From the NCBI GenBank assembly GCA_002269645.1, contig NIVC01005083.1, positions 1 through 26,728 on the forward strand: 26,728 nucleotides of DNA, read 5' to 3'. A program made the translations under genes and the position numbers. This stretch comes from Macrostomum lignano (taxonomy: Eukaryota). The first letter of the stretch is position 1; every line of letters begins with the position of its first letter. Below, one piece after another: positions 1-24,500 of the stretch. The notes beneath the pieces are model-generated. The model worked only from the letters and a program-made list of their open reading frames with translations, was not told where the DNA came from and did no database searches.

Positions 1-681
1 GCCTAGATACCTGTTTTCATCGGGTAAAAAGGAAAGAACTACATTGTAGCATTCAAATGAAAACGCTATGAAATACTAAAACTGTATTCTCATTTGTGAT
101 GAGGACGCACTTTTTTCCAAACCCGTGCTAGCACATGGGCTCAAAACTTACTTGCCTACTAACAGTGGGCAATGGGCATTTTTATCCTTTTTCTGCGAAT
201 AGTCATAGAATCTATACTAGATATAATGTCTGGTCATACTAGTAGTCATAATAACATAGGCGCAGCTTTTTGGGTCATAAATCATCGCTTTCGAAGCTGG
301 TCTGACAGCCACCTGCGCCTCACTCAGTGTTGAGGCGGGCGCCAGATGGTCTGAGGGATGCGGGCGGTAGCTTTTTCTCATCATTTTGACAGGCCATCAA
401 GATTTATGAGGTCAGAGCCTATTGTTCGTGTTCACTCAAGCGTGTGACAGCTTTGACAGCTATGCGTTTTACCCCTAAAAGTACTTTGGGATTACCGATT
501 AGCGATTTCTCTTCATTATCTTCACTTTCTATTTAATAAGAGCTTTCTAATGTATATTTTTTCATTAATTTCTGTCAATCCTACGCGAAAAGTCATAAAT
601 CATTCTGTTGCGATTTTGATTGATTTATGGCCGCACCTGTCATCTTTTTACGACCCTGTGGGAACTGATAGGATCTCTCGG

Positions 682-812
682 TCACGTGATTCTGGTAGCA
701 ACAAGCTTAGCCAATCAGAAAATTCGGCGCTCATTTTAGCAAAACGGCTCAGCCAATCAGAATCGACGTGTTCCATTATAACAAACTGCGGTCCAGTTGG
801 CGGCTATTTAAA
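682..812 (+). promoter_or_regulatory. Promoter-like block: E-box, two CCAAT boxes, TATA-like element
   Basis: TCACGTGA 682-689; AGCCAATCAG with CCAAT at 711-715 and 753-757; TATTTAAA 805-812. The order fits a + strand Pol II promoter or an LTR U3 region; no downstream ORF recognised. Confidence 0.35.
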
Positions 813-2635
813 CCGGTGTTTTTGGCCCGCTCGGACCTCAACCTCCTGGGACCTTAGCCTAGCTTGAGACATCCCGGAGCGTGGCCGTCGTTTCTTGATC
901 CCCGGATTGCGACTTCCCCCATCATCATCAAGGACGAATCCCCCCGGTCATCAGCAGCGAACATCAAAGTTAAGATCATCACCTGCTAGCTATCTGCGAA
1001 GATTGTGACATCAGCATCATCCCGGGTCTACAGCTGCGAAGCATCAAGCCGATTCGGTCACTGTGGATAACCTGGTCTCCGGCTGTTGAGTTTCTGATTG
1101 GTTGGGTGAGAGGCTACCTAGACTTGCTTGATTGGGTGATCCCTTATCTGTCTCCTGTATCAGTAGCTGGATTCGGCGCACACTTTTGCTCATTTTGTTC
1201 AGTAGTGCTGTTACTGAGGCAGAAATCACTTAATAATACTGCTAGTAGTCTAAACTCCAATTCAATCTGAAGTGTGAAGTGATCTAAGGAGAAGGTTAAA
1301 TCTAACAGTTATTTTTATCGGTTTTATTTCTTTGTTCGCCGATGGCCAGATGAGTAGCTAAGCTAGTAGGCGCCGGTCACAGTGGACCAATGGCAAGGCG
1401 GTTCTCAGTCGATCAATCTATCAAATCAGTGAGCAAAACTGCCAGAAGTGCAAAATCGGCGCCAGAGATGTACTTTGTGCACTCTAGGATCGTTAAGCGG
1501 CTCGGGTAATGAATCCTGCGGTCTCTGAAGTTCGAGTTAGTCTATCATCAGCGCTAGGAGAGGCTAGTTGGCGCCTTGAAGGCCAAAAGTACATATCTTC
1601 GTATTTAGCAATGTAATAGTACATGTAGCTACCCCATAGACTCGCCACTGCAAGAATTCCCTGCACAAGTCCCCTCTGTACCTGCATGGCCAATGCGATC
1701 AAGTCCCAGCAGTGTCCCTTATCATCGGCTATGACATCGAGATTGACAGCAAAAGACACTTGTTGGCAGGTAAGTGCAAAGCCCCTTCTAGTCGGAAGCC
1801 CGATTTCGAGAGTCCCGGTGTGGTGAGCCAGGGCGCACGGGCTGGTGGCAGCGAGTTAGCTTAGTCTGCGGATTGGCTGATCTCTACCTTCAAATTTCTC
1901 CCTGCTTGTCTCTCGCTGTCCCTCTCTTAGCTATAGGACCTAGACTGCTCGCCACACGATCAAGCTACCATGGGGCTGACCATCTGACAGGAGTGGGGGC
2001 CAGGACTCTAATTAATTTATTTCTGAGACCTGAGGCCAGAAGGCTTCCCCATAAGGGGGCCGAAAGGTCGAAACCCATCATTTTAATGAGCCATTGAGCA
2101 CGAAAGTCAGCTGATATTATAGCAAATTGCACGAGTTGAGCGAATCTCCAGTTTTTCGTTAAAATTGTATTCTAAATTAAGGATTGACAACACATTTACT
2201 CGTGTTTACCAAAGCTTGCTATTTTTGTCCTGATCTGGCTTTCTGATGTGGAAAATGTCTTGAAATGGAAAAATTACTGATTTAGATAGCAATTTATACT
2301 ACCATTTATGCCTCGATGAACATTGTTAAGTGGCGAAGAGAAGGTAACTGTACACAATTCAAAGATAATAATTTCCGGTGATAAAAATGGGGATATCGGA
2401 GGTCTCAAATCAAACCTCAGTTTTTGCACTCGTGACGGAGATCAGCAAAACGGTGCAGAATCTCCAAGGTGACAACAGAATCCGGTTTAGGATCTCCGGA
2501 TGGGGAGACCTGACCATGCCCCGGAGCTCCCACAAGGGTTATGGATCTCCTATCGCGGAGACCCAAAACCGTTTGCAGACTCCGGATCGGCCACCCAAAA
2601 CTGGCCGGAGCCCCGGAGATTCTAAATAGCAACAT

Positions 2636-2820
2636 CATGGACCACTGGCTAATTCTGTGCTGAAGACAGAGCCATGGACCACTGGCTAATTCTGTGCTGA
2701 AGACAGAGCCATGGACCACTGGCTAATTCTGTGCTGAAGACAGAGCCATGGACCACTGGCTAATTCTGTGCTGAAGACAGAGCCATGGACCACTGGCTAA
2801 TTCTGCGCTGAAGACACAGC
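2636..2820. repeat. 37-bp minisatellite, 5 copies
   Basis: Unit CATGGACCACTGGCTAATTCTGTGCTGAAGACAGAGC; four identical copies, fifth slightly diverged; no spacers. Confidence 0.95.
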
Positions 2821-3165
2821 CTGTAAGGCTAAACTCTGCGCAATCATAAAAATCAGAAGAGACCACAAGAAGATTTGCGCAACTTGAGAGTCCTTCTACT
2901 TAGCTTTCCGTGACGAGACCCAGCAGCGGGTGAGATTTATCGGGATCGATTCGAAGGCATTTGAAAAGTTGAATGCTTAACATCGGTGGGAATTCAGTAC
3001 CGTGTATTTTCTCTATCAGTATCGAGCGCTTCATCTGACGGATTCTTTTTGCGTGGTAACTAAGTATTGCAGTTTGGACAAATTTTCAAAGTTGCTTTGA
3101 GACTGCTTGAGCGCTCGATTTTGAGTTTCAGAAGCAGCATCTTCCATGCCATCATGCTGGTGCTG

Positions 3166-3590
3166 TTACAGAAGCAGCATCTCGATCTCCATCAGCGAGT
3201 AGTAGTAGCCGAAGTTGGATTTCCAAATGACTCCCTGTGCATGAGCACCTCCGATGGCGGCAGATGCGTCTTTGTACTCTCCGTTCAGGTGGGCGCAGTG
3301 ACAGTTGGTAAACCACCAGGCACCTTTATACTTCGTTGCGCAGTTGTCAGTGCTGATGTCGTGATCGGCTTCCTTTGTGCTGAACTGCATGCCGTTGCTC
3401 CAGGGAGCGAGACTGTCGCCGATGCCGGCGCTGCCGGAGAAGCCGGACACGCTCAGCCGGTAGTTGTCCGACTCGGGACCCACGGAGAAGCTGGAGTACT
3501 CGGCCCAGTGCTCAGAGTCGTTCCACGCCTTCATCAGGATCCTCAGCTTCCGAGGACCAGAAGCAGTGAGAGCGTGGAGAGAGTTCAGGC
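3166..3590 (-). CDS. FReD exon 3
   Basis: ttcccag|GCCTG; encodes (G)LNSLHALT...[10 protein letters not shown], stop TAA at 3168-3166. Confidence 0.92.
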
Positions 3591-4199
3591 CTGGGAAGAT
3601 GCGGACGTCATGGCGGTGTTTGTCATTGAAGTCCGAGTTGGAAAGGAAGCGAATGGAGCAGATCTGGGATGCACTCACCGATCCAGTAGTTTCCGTCGGG
3701 TCCCTCGCCGAACTCGCTCTGGTACTGAGTCCAGTTGCGGTAAAAGTCCACTGAGCCGGACACCCTGTGCTGCACGGTGGTCCAGCAGTCACTGCCGGCT
3801 GTCTGCAAGGTGACACAACAGGTGTGTCAGCTTTTCTACTCTGTGTGAAAGCGTGGCTGTGATGCTGACACATCTAACGGAGTGACTCACCCACACTCGC
3901 TGAGCTCCCTTGTTCGCATTGCGGCACTTCCTGCAGTGGCTCAGGCCCAGGCGGCACCTGAAGTGAGCGCACAGGCCGGAGCTGGCGTTGAATGCCACCA
4001 GCTGCACAGCGGAGTCTCTGCTGGCACGCACGGCGCATTCTAAGTCGCTTCGGACAGGCAGCGACCTCACGGCCTCATAGTCGGAGAGGCTCTCGTGGCC
4101 AAGAGACCACTCTCGCCCAAGTGATGCGGCCTCGGGTGCAGCGGGCTGTTGTGCCATCAGCAAAATCAGAGCGGCGTGGATCACTATGTACTTTTTCAT
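3166..4199 (-). CDS. Secreted fibrinogen-related protein (FReD; ficolin/tachylectin-like), 3 exons, ~285 aa
   Basis: Exons 4199-3891, 3802-3679 and 3590-3166 with two 88-nt GT-AG introns join in frame. Signal-peptide-like [20 protein letters not shown] motifs [51 protein letters not shown]. Confidence 0.9.
3679..3802 (-). CDS. FReD exon 2
   Basis: ccttgcag|ACAGCC...ATCG|GTGAGT; encodes [13 protein letters not shown]...NYWI(G). Confidence 0.88.
3891..4199 (-). CDS. FReD exon 1 (signal peptide + PAN/apple-like module)
   Basis: ATG at 4199; ends TGG|GTGAGT, phase 0. Confidence 0.75.
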
Positions 4200-5283
4200 C
4201 GCGATTTCCTGGAATTCATTTAGCGACAATATCTTGCTAGTTGTGTATGAGTCGTACTAAATGATAAGAAATTTTCTTTTTACATTGGGAAAAGGTGGAT
4301 TCATTTTTACGATCAATCTACGAGTGGTCACTTGATTTCTAAACGGTCGAGAGAGCGTCGCGTCAGAGATGAATCATTCTGTACAGATCAAACAGTAGAA
4401 ACGTACCGTTTACGGAGGCCTATAGATAGAGGTAAATGTTGAGCAGGGATGCAGAGCTGCTGCGACTCACTCCCTATCGCCAGGCTTATCTCAAGAACCG
4501 CCGCGCGAGCCCAAAAAATTATGGGCTGCTTTTTTAAGCAAAGCCAGTCCTCACAGCATGGCGTGAAGGCCCATAGCAACAAGCGATGGAGTGCCGGGAT
4601 AAGACAATAGAAAACGCCTGTCTCAGCTCGTCCTGCATCTTTTCTGGAAACTCAGTTGCCAGTAACGAAGTAATTGGCAAGCTCGTGGATCTGTCAGTTA
4701 GAGTTCAAGGGCTACCAGGAATATACTCATTAAAAAACATTTATACTCAAATCCACGTGACTGACGGACCGACTGCTTGTTCGGACACTGCAGCGCCCCT
4801 GCGAGTGCAGTGTAAATTGAAGAGTTTTTACTTAAAATACAGTTTGCACTCCATGTAGAGAGCATCTTACACCTGTCTGTAACTGTTGCGTAGGGACTAA
4901 AAACTACAAATATTAGTTCACTAGGACAGTGCATGCATTTAACACATTTTGATTGCTTTTTCAAATCAAAAAGCAGAAGTGTAGAATTTTTGTGTACAAA
5001 ATATCATTATAATTAATATCTATCGCCCGGGCACTGATTAGCGCTCGGCTGTTTCGCTGAGTAATTTCCTGTTTCGAAAATAGTAATTTCCTCGGATGTT
5101 ACATCCGGCTTCCGTTGCCAAGTCGAAGTCCAGATCCGTTATTGTTAGTTTCCAGGCGCGTTTGCTTCTTTATTTTTATGGCAAATGAGAGTAAAATACA
5201 AAGTACGAAGTACAATGAAAGTATATTTATTATAAAAATTCATTCTCATAAATACAAAATACATTTATTTATAACACAATATA

Positions 5284-5295
5284 TTTATTTTTATT
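5284..5295 (-). terminator. Polyadenylation signals of REV3 (tandem AATAAA)
   Basis: TTTATT on + at 5284-5289 and 5290-5295 (also 5264-5269, 5226-5231), ~280 nt past the REV3 stop, followed on the sense strand by GU/U-rich sequence. Confidence 0.6.
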
Positions 5296-5336
5296 GAGTT
5301 ATGATACTGAAACCTCAGTATACTCGTATTCACAGA

Positions 5337-5569
5337 TAAGTGCCTCAGTCACAGAAGTGCCTCAGTCACAGAAGTGCCTCAGTCACAGAAGTGCTTCAGT
5401 CACAAAAGTGCCTCAGTCACAGAAGTGCCTCAGTCACAGAAGTGCCTCAGTCACAGAAGTGCCTCAGTCACAGAAGTGCCTCAGTCACAGAAGTGCCTCA
5501 GTCACAGAAGTGCTTCAGTCACAAAAGTGCTTCAGTCACAAAAGTGCTTCAGTCACAAAAGTGCTTCAG

Positions 5570-5584
<15 letters not shown>
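5337..5584. repeat. 17-bp minisatellite, ~14 copies, overlapping the REV3 stop codon and 3' UTR
   Basis: Unit CAGTCACAGAAGTGCCT with variant CAGTCACAAAAGTGCTT. Confidence 0.95.
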
Positions 5585-19033
<13,449 letters not shown>

Positions 19034-19114
19034 GGCTGCTGCCGGGCAAGACCGGGCAGTAACAGACAACAGGTGCCGCTGTTGCTAGGGGCCGAGCTCA
19101 ACTCCTACTAGCAA

Positions 19115-19123
19115 CCCCGCCCC
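19115..19123 (-). promoter_or_regulatory. GC box upstream of REV3
   Basis: GGGGCGGGG on the sense strand 82-90 nt upstream of the ATG. Confidence 0.4.
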
Positions 19124-19334
19124 TCAGTCCGAGATGAAACTTCTGTCTCTACCGCGACGTGTCCTGTGCTATGCAGGAGTTGGCTGAGATTGCATTGTCA
19201 ACTCTCTCTGAGTTCAGCTTCTCAAAATAAATAAATGGAATTGAACGAATCGTTCAGATACACAGACACAGGTAGCCAGATGGGGTACTTGGATAGGGAT
19301 AATAGACAGACAGAAAGTAGGAGGCAGACAGAAG

Positions 19335-19365
<31 letters not shown>

Positions 19366-19374
19366 TGATAGATG

Positions 19375-19413
<39 letters not shown>

Positions 19414-19429
19414 GGATAGATAGATAGAC

Positions 19430-19497
<68 letters not shown>

Positions 19498-19566
19498 GGA
19501 TAAATAGATAGATAGATGGATAGATAGATAGATAGATAGATAGATGGATAAATAGATAGATAGATG

Positions 19567-19623
<57 letters not shown>

Positions 19624-19788
19624 TAGATAGATAGATGGATCGATAGATGGATAGATTGATAGATAGATAGATAGATAGATGGATCGATAAATAGATGGAT
19701 AGATAGATAGATAGTAGATAGATAGATGGATAAATAGATAGATAGATGGATAGATAGATAGATAGATAGATGGATCGATAGATAGATG

Positions 19789-19827
<39 letters not shown>

Positions 19828-19844
19828 GGATAGATAGATAGATG

Positions 19845-19883
<39 letters not shown>

Positions 19884-19928
19884 GGATAGATAGATAGATA
19901 GATAGATAGATGGATAGATAGATAGATG

Positions 19929-19959
<31 letters not shown>

Positions 19960-19975
19960 GGATAGATGGATCGAT
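19335..19975. repeat. (GATA)n microsatellite, ~640 bp, intergenic
   Basis: GATA tetramers interspersed with GATG and occasional GATC/AATA. Confidence 0.98.
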
Positions 19976-21286
19976 ATATGCACAGCCTACGCAAACAGCA
20001 CAAGCGCAACAAAGGAGAGAAGAGCAGCGAGTCCCAGCGGCTTATTAATAGGCCACAGCTCAACACTGCGGCAGTGCAGGACAACGGGGCTCCATGCGGA
20101 GCAGGCCTTCGTATTGGACCATCATTTATTTCGCGCTTTGCTTTGCAATTCGTGTCAGTCACACCTTAAATTTGAAATTAAAACACTGCTAAGCAACAGA
20201 GTTTTCAACAGCAGATGAGCAAAGGCGAGTCGTCGGCAGGACGCGCGGTCGGGGCAGTCATGGGGAAGTTTGCACTTAATGGTCACCGTCACCGCAGGCG
20301 GAGGGGCGCGAATGCTTGCTACAGGTAAACAAGAAATAATGGATAGTAAAAAATATAAAAAAACCACGGCATCACTGAGGCAGCCGACACCTGGCAATGC
20401 TGACCGCAGCCCCCAGCTCAGGCGGGAGGCACCCCAGCCAACACAGGTAAAATAGGAAAGAAGTACTGACTCTAGACAACTCAAAACCGACGAGATGTCG
20501 TGGTAAAAGTCACCAAAAAGTCGTCCAAGATTCAAGAGTCTGGGGCGTACACTCGCGGTAGAATCACTGAGAATTGCGTCTGAAGCACATTAGCGTCACT
20601 ATATTGACAGAATCGCTAATACTCATGGACGACTTTTTGTGACTCTTTTACAATCCCGCAACTCACGTGATGCGCTCGCGACTCAACTGACTGACAGAAG
20701 ACAAGCCAGAGCGATTGCGATAAAAAACCATTATCGATTATCACACACGCGCTATAATCAGCGATGAAGCGAATAAACACGAAATCGGACAAAATTATAT
20801 AAGGCAATTTTGCGTATAATGCTACTAGCCAAATCGCAGCTGAGTAGCATATCGCTTAGCAAGTTCAGAGAAGGAAAATTCGAAGTTCAGTTCAGTATGC
20901 ATGAATTATGAGCTCTCCGATGGAAGACGGCAACTTCAGTTGCACAGCTAAATAGCATGAACTGAATTTATAGAAAAGCACAAGCTAAATATGAATCAAA
21001 AATCTATTATTTATGAATCAGGCATGCTGTAACTGTCATGTACACGCAAAAAACGGAATAGATAATCAGAGAAAGTTGAGGATCAGGAAAAAGAAATAGA
21101 CAAATAAAAATTTGCCACAGGAATGTACACACACAGGATTAAATTAGCATCTTATCTTCGTTAAAAACAACACCACCCCCAGTGCAGTCTGACTGACTAC
21201 TGAAAGTAGCGAGGAAAGAGCAGAAGAAAACTGGCGAGCGCGAGGCGGGGAGAGAGAAGGGGAGGCTGCGCTGGGGCGGCCCGTCA

Positions 21287-21511
21287 TCACTTGTCGGACT
21301 TGACGCTGCCGTTGCTGAGCGACGCCATGGGGATCCGGTTGCTGTTGTGGTCGGCCTTGGCGCCGCCGTCGCCCGCACCGCCGCTGCCGCCGCCCAGGCT
21401 GGGGTCGGAAGCGACCCGCCTGCTGTACACCGTGTCCTCTTCGTCTGAGCTCAGGCTGAAGCTCATGCGGCCGCCGGACTCGTTGCCGTTGTTCAGCGGG
21501 GCGTAGAACAC
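21287..21511 (-). CDS. KIAA0319L: KIAA0319-like terminal exon (cytoplasmic tail)
   Basis: cccgcag|GTGTTCTAC; VFYAPL...SDEEDTVY...VKSDK*. Confidence 0.85.
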   Translation of the reverse strand: MFYAPLNNGNESGGRMSFSLSSDEEDTVYSRRVASDPSLGGGSGGAGDGGAKADHNSNRIPMASLSNGSVKSDK

Positions 21512-24500
21512 CTGCGGGTTGGGGCGGCCGGCGTCTCTGTGCCTGGCCTGAACTGCTGCCTGGCCTCCATTATACTTTCTATCCCAAGCATTTCAATCAC
21601 CTACTCTCTCCCACTCGCCCTTTCCTTTAAGCAAAAACAACCCGAAGCACCAATCGGAAGCACCAAGAACACGACCGGAAGCACCAAGGACACAACTGGA
21701 AGCACCAAGGACACAACTGGAAGCACCAAGAACACAACCAGAAGCAGCAAGAACACAACCGGAAGCACCAAGAACACAAATGGAAGCACCAAGAACACAA
21801 ATGGAAGCACCAAGAACACAAATGGAAGCACCAAGAACACAGCCGGAAGCACCAAGAACACAACAGGAAGGACCAAGAAACTCAGCCGGAAGCACCAAGA
21901 AACAACCGGAAGCACCAAGAACACAACCGGAAGCAGAAAGAACACAACCAGAAGCACCAAGAACACAACCGGAAACACCAATAACACAGCCGGAAGCGCC
22001 AAGAACACAACAGGAAGGACCAAGAAACTCAGCCGGAAGCACCAAGAAACAACCGGAAGCACCAAGAACACAACCGGAAGCAGCAAGAACACAACCGGAA
22101 GCACCAAGAACACAAATGGAAGCACCAAGAACACAAATGGAAGCACCAAGAACACAAATGGAAGCACCAAGAACACAGCCGGAAGCACCAAGAAACAACC
22201 GGAAGCACCAAGAACACAACCGGAAGCAGAAAGAACACAACCAGAAGCACCAAGAACACAACCAGAAGCACCAAGAACACAACCGGAAACACCAATAACA
22301 CAACCGGAAACACCAATAACACAACAGGAAGCACCAATAACACAACCGGAAGCACCAATAACACAACCGGAAGCACCAAGTAGACCACCAGAAGCATCAT
22401 AAACACAACCGGAAGCACCAATAACACAACCGGAAGCACCAAGTAGACCACCAGAAGCACCAATAACACAACCGGAAGCACCAAGTAGACCACCAGAAGC
22501 ACCAATAACACAACCGGAAGCACCAAGTAGACCACCAGAAGCACCAATAACACAACCGGAAGCACCAAGTAGACCACCAGAAGCACCAATAACACAACCG
22601 GAAGCACCAAGTAGACCACCAGAAGCACCAATAACAGAACCGGAAGCACCAAGTAGACCACCAGAAGCATCATAAACACAACCGGAAGCACCAAAAAGAC
22701 AACCGAAAGCAGCAGAAGGCCTCCAATTAAGAAATATTCCTCTCACCTTATCCCTTGACCCGCCGCCGCCAGCCATCATAGCCGCAGCTTTCCTCAGCCG
22801 GCGAACTTTGCTGCCGCTGCCCGTCCGCAGGTGAGCAGCCGCAGCCGCAGCGCTGGCCCGCCGATAGCGCAGGCAGCAGTACAGCAGCCAGACCGCGGCG
22901 CAGAAGCCCAGCAGGCTGATGGTCACCCCCAGAGACACGTACACCACCGACCAGTCGCAGTTGGACTCGCCGTCGCCGAATCGAACACGCAGCGGATTCT
23001 CCATCCAGAAGGAGGCGCAGACGCACTGTCTGGTGGAATTGTCGCAGTAGCCCCTGTCCGAGCAGCCCAGCTGGCAGACCTCGGTGTGCAGCTCCAGCAC
23101 CGGGAACTCCAGCAGGGTGGCTGGCAGCCGGCGCTTCAACACGGCGGCCAGCCGAGGTCCCGGCAGGTAGGTGCCGTTGGCGAAGCCGGCCGACAGGCGC
23201 ATGACGATGCTGGCCTGCCTCGGCCGCAGACCCAGCAGGCGCAGGTTGCAGCCGGGGTGCGGGCCGCGCAGAGTCAGCTGCATCTGCGACATCAGGTTGG
23301 ACAGGTCCGACTGGCGCAGCGCCGACGGGTCCGCCGAAGCTCAAGGCTGGCCACCGAGGCGGCGTGCGGCCAGGGCCGGACAAGGATGGCCGCATCGGCA
23401 GTCCCGGTGGCGCCTTCGGAGTCCTTGACGGTCAGGCGGAAACTGTAGCGGCCGGGCAGCAGGCCGAGCAGCAGCAGGCGGGGCGACGCGTCCGAGCCGT
23501 TCAGCACCTGCCCGACGGCCAGGGAGACGTCTTGCCTGCGGCGGGTCGGAGGCGGGGGTCATTTAAGGTCAATTAGCGCTGGAATGAGGTCTATCTGGGG
23601 TCATTCTTCACTTTCTAAGAAATCAGGTCACTCATTCTATCTGAAAAATGAGGTCATCTGGGTTACTTTAAGGGATAATCTAGAGGTCATTCTGAGTTCA
23701 GCCTACACTATGTAGGTATAATGGGGTCATCTAAGGTCGCTGTCCGACCTCCGAATAGCCAACAATCCCCGCACGGCGCACCTGGTCCACTTGTATTCCA
23801 CAATGCCCTTGTCGTCCCAGCTCTTGGAGGCGTCAAGCGCAACCAACGTAGCCCGGTACCGTCCATGTCGACAACCCGATCGCCACCGGCATCGGCCTTC
23901 GGCGCCTGATTGGGGCCCGGCTTGACCGTGACGGTGACTACCGCCGACCCGACGCCGCCGTCCAGATCGACAGCCTCGGCTCGCAGCTTGTAGACTCCGG
24001 CCTGCAGGTTGGTGAGGGTGACGCTGGGCTGGGTGGCGTTGGCCAGCTTGGCGCTGCCGGGGCCGGTCAGCAGAGTCCAGCGCCACGACTTCACGCCGGT
24101 GTCGTCAACGGCGGACGCGTTCAGCACCAGACGGGTGAGCGGCAGTTCGACCTGAAATTTCATAGCGTTGGGTGGCGCATAGCCTTCTTAAATTTGTAAA
24201 TCTCGTACTTTTGTGAATTTTGCGTACTTTAGTGCATTATAAGTACTTTTGTGCATTTAATGTACTTTTCTGCATTACATGTACTTTTGTGACTTTGTGT
24301 ACTTTTGTGCTTCATATGTACTTTCGTGAATTTTTGTGTAATTTTGTGCATTATATGTATTTTTTGCATTATATGTTCTTTTGAGACTTTTGCGCATTAT
24401 ATGTACTTTTGTGAATTTTGTTTACTTTTGTGCATTACATGTACTTTCGTGAATTTCGTGTACTTTTATGCATTTTATGTACTTTTGTGCATGTTTGTTT

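Noticed and set aside
122-140. CCCGTG-CTAGCA-CATGGG hairpin resembling a Helitron 3' subterminal hairpin
   Set aside because: Imperfect stem, no CTRR terminus at the expected distance, no matching 5' end or Rep/helicase sequence.
316-337. GC-rich hairpin CGCCTCA-N8-TGAGGCG
   Set aside because: A single 7-bp stem with no supporting context; expected by chance.
1493-1759. 88-aa minus-strand ORF with faint resemblance to a tyrosine-recombinase C-terminus (W.S..Y..YI)
   Set aside because: Spacing is off and no upstream H-x-x-R motif or longer degraded frame was found.
3591-3890. Both FReD introns are exactly 88 nt
   Set aside because: Their sequences are unrelated and 82-91 nt is the modal minimal intron size in this window.
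4508-4535. Hairpin plus T-run resembling a bacterial intrinsic terminator
   Set aside because: Eukaryotic context, short stem, no upstream Pol III A/B boxes seen.
4436-4858. Continuous + frame with two internal stops (MLSRDAELL...HSM)
   Set aside because: No recognisable domain or splice structure; cannot be supported as a pseudogene.
19222-20535. Long ORFs over and beside the (GATA)n tract (IYLS repeats; 126-aa ORF 20155-20535)
   Set aside because: Microsatellite translation or no recognisable similarity; donor-like sites at ~20325 and ~20448 lack matching acceptors.
21539-22694. Mucin-like or hydrophobic repeat ORFs (STKNTTG, QPEAPRT, VLGASGC, FLVLPVV)
   Set aside because: All frames of the 21-bp intronic array; the gene splices from 22747 to 21511 with strong signals.
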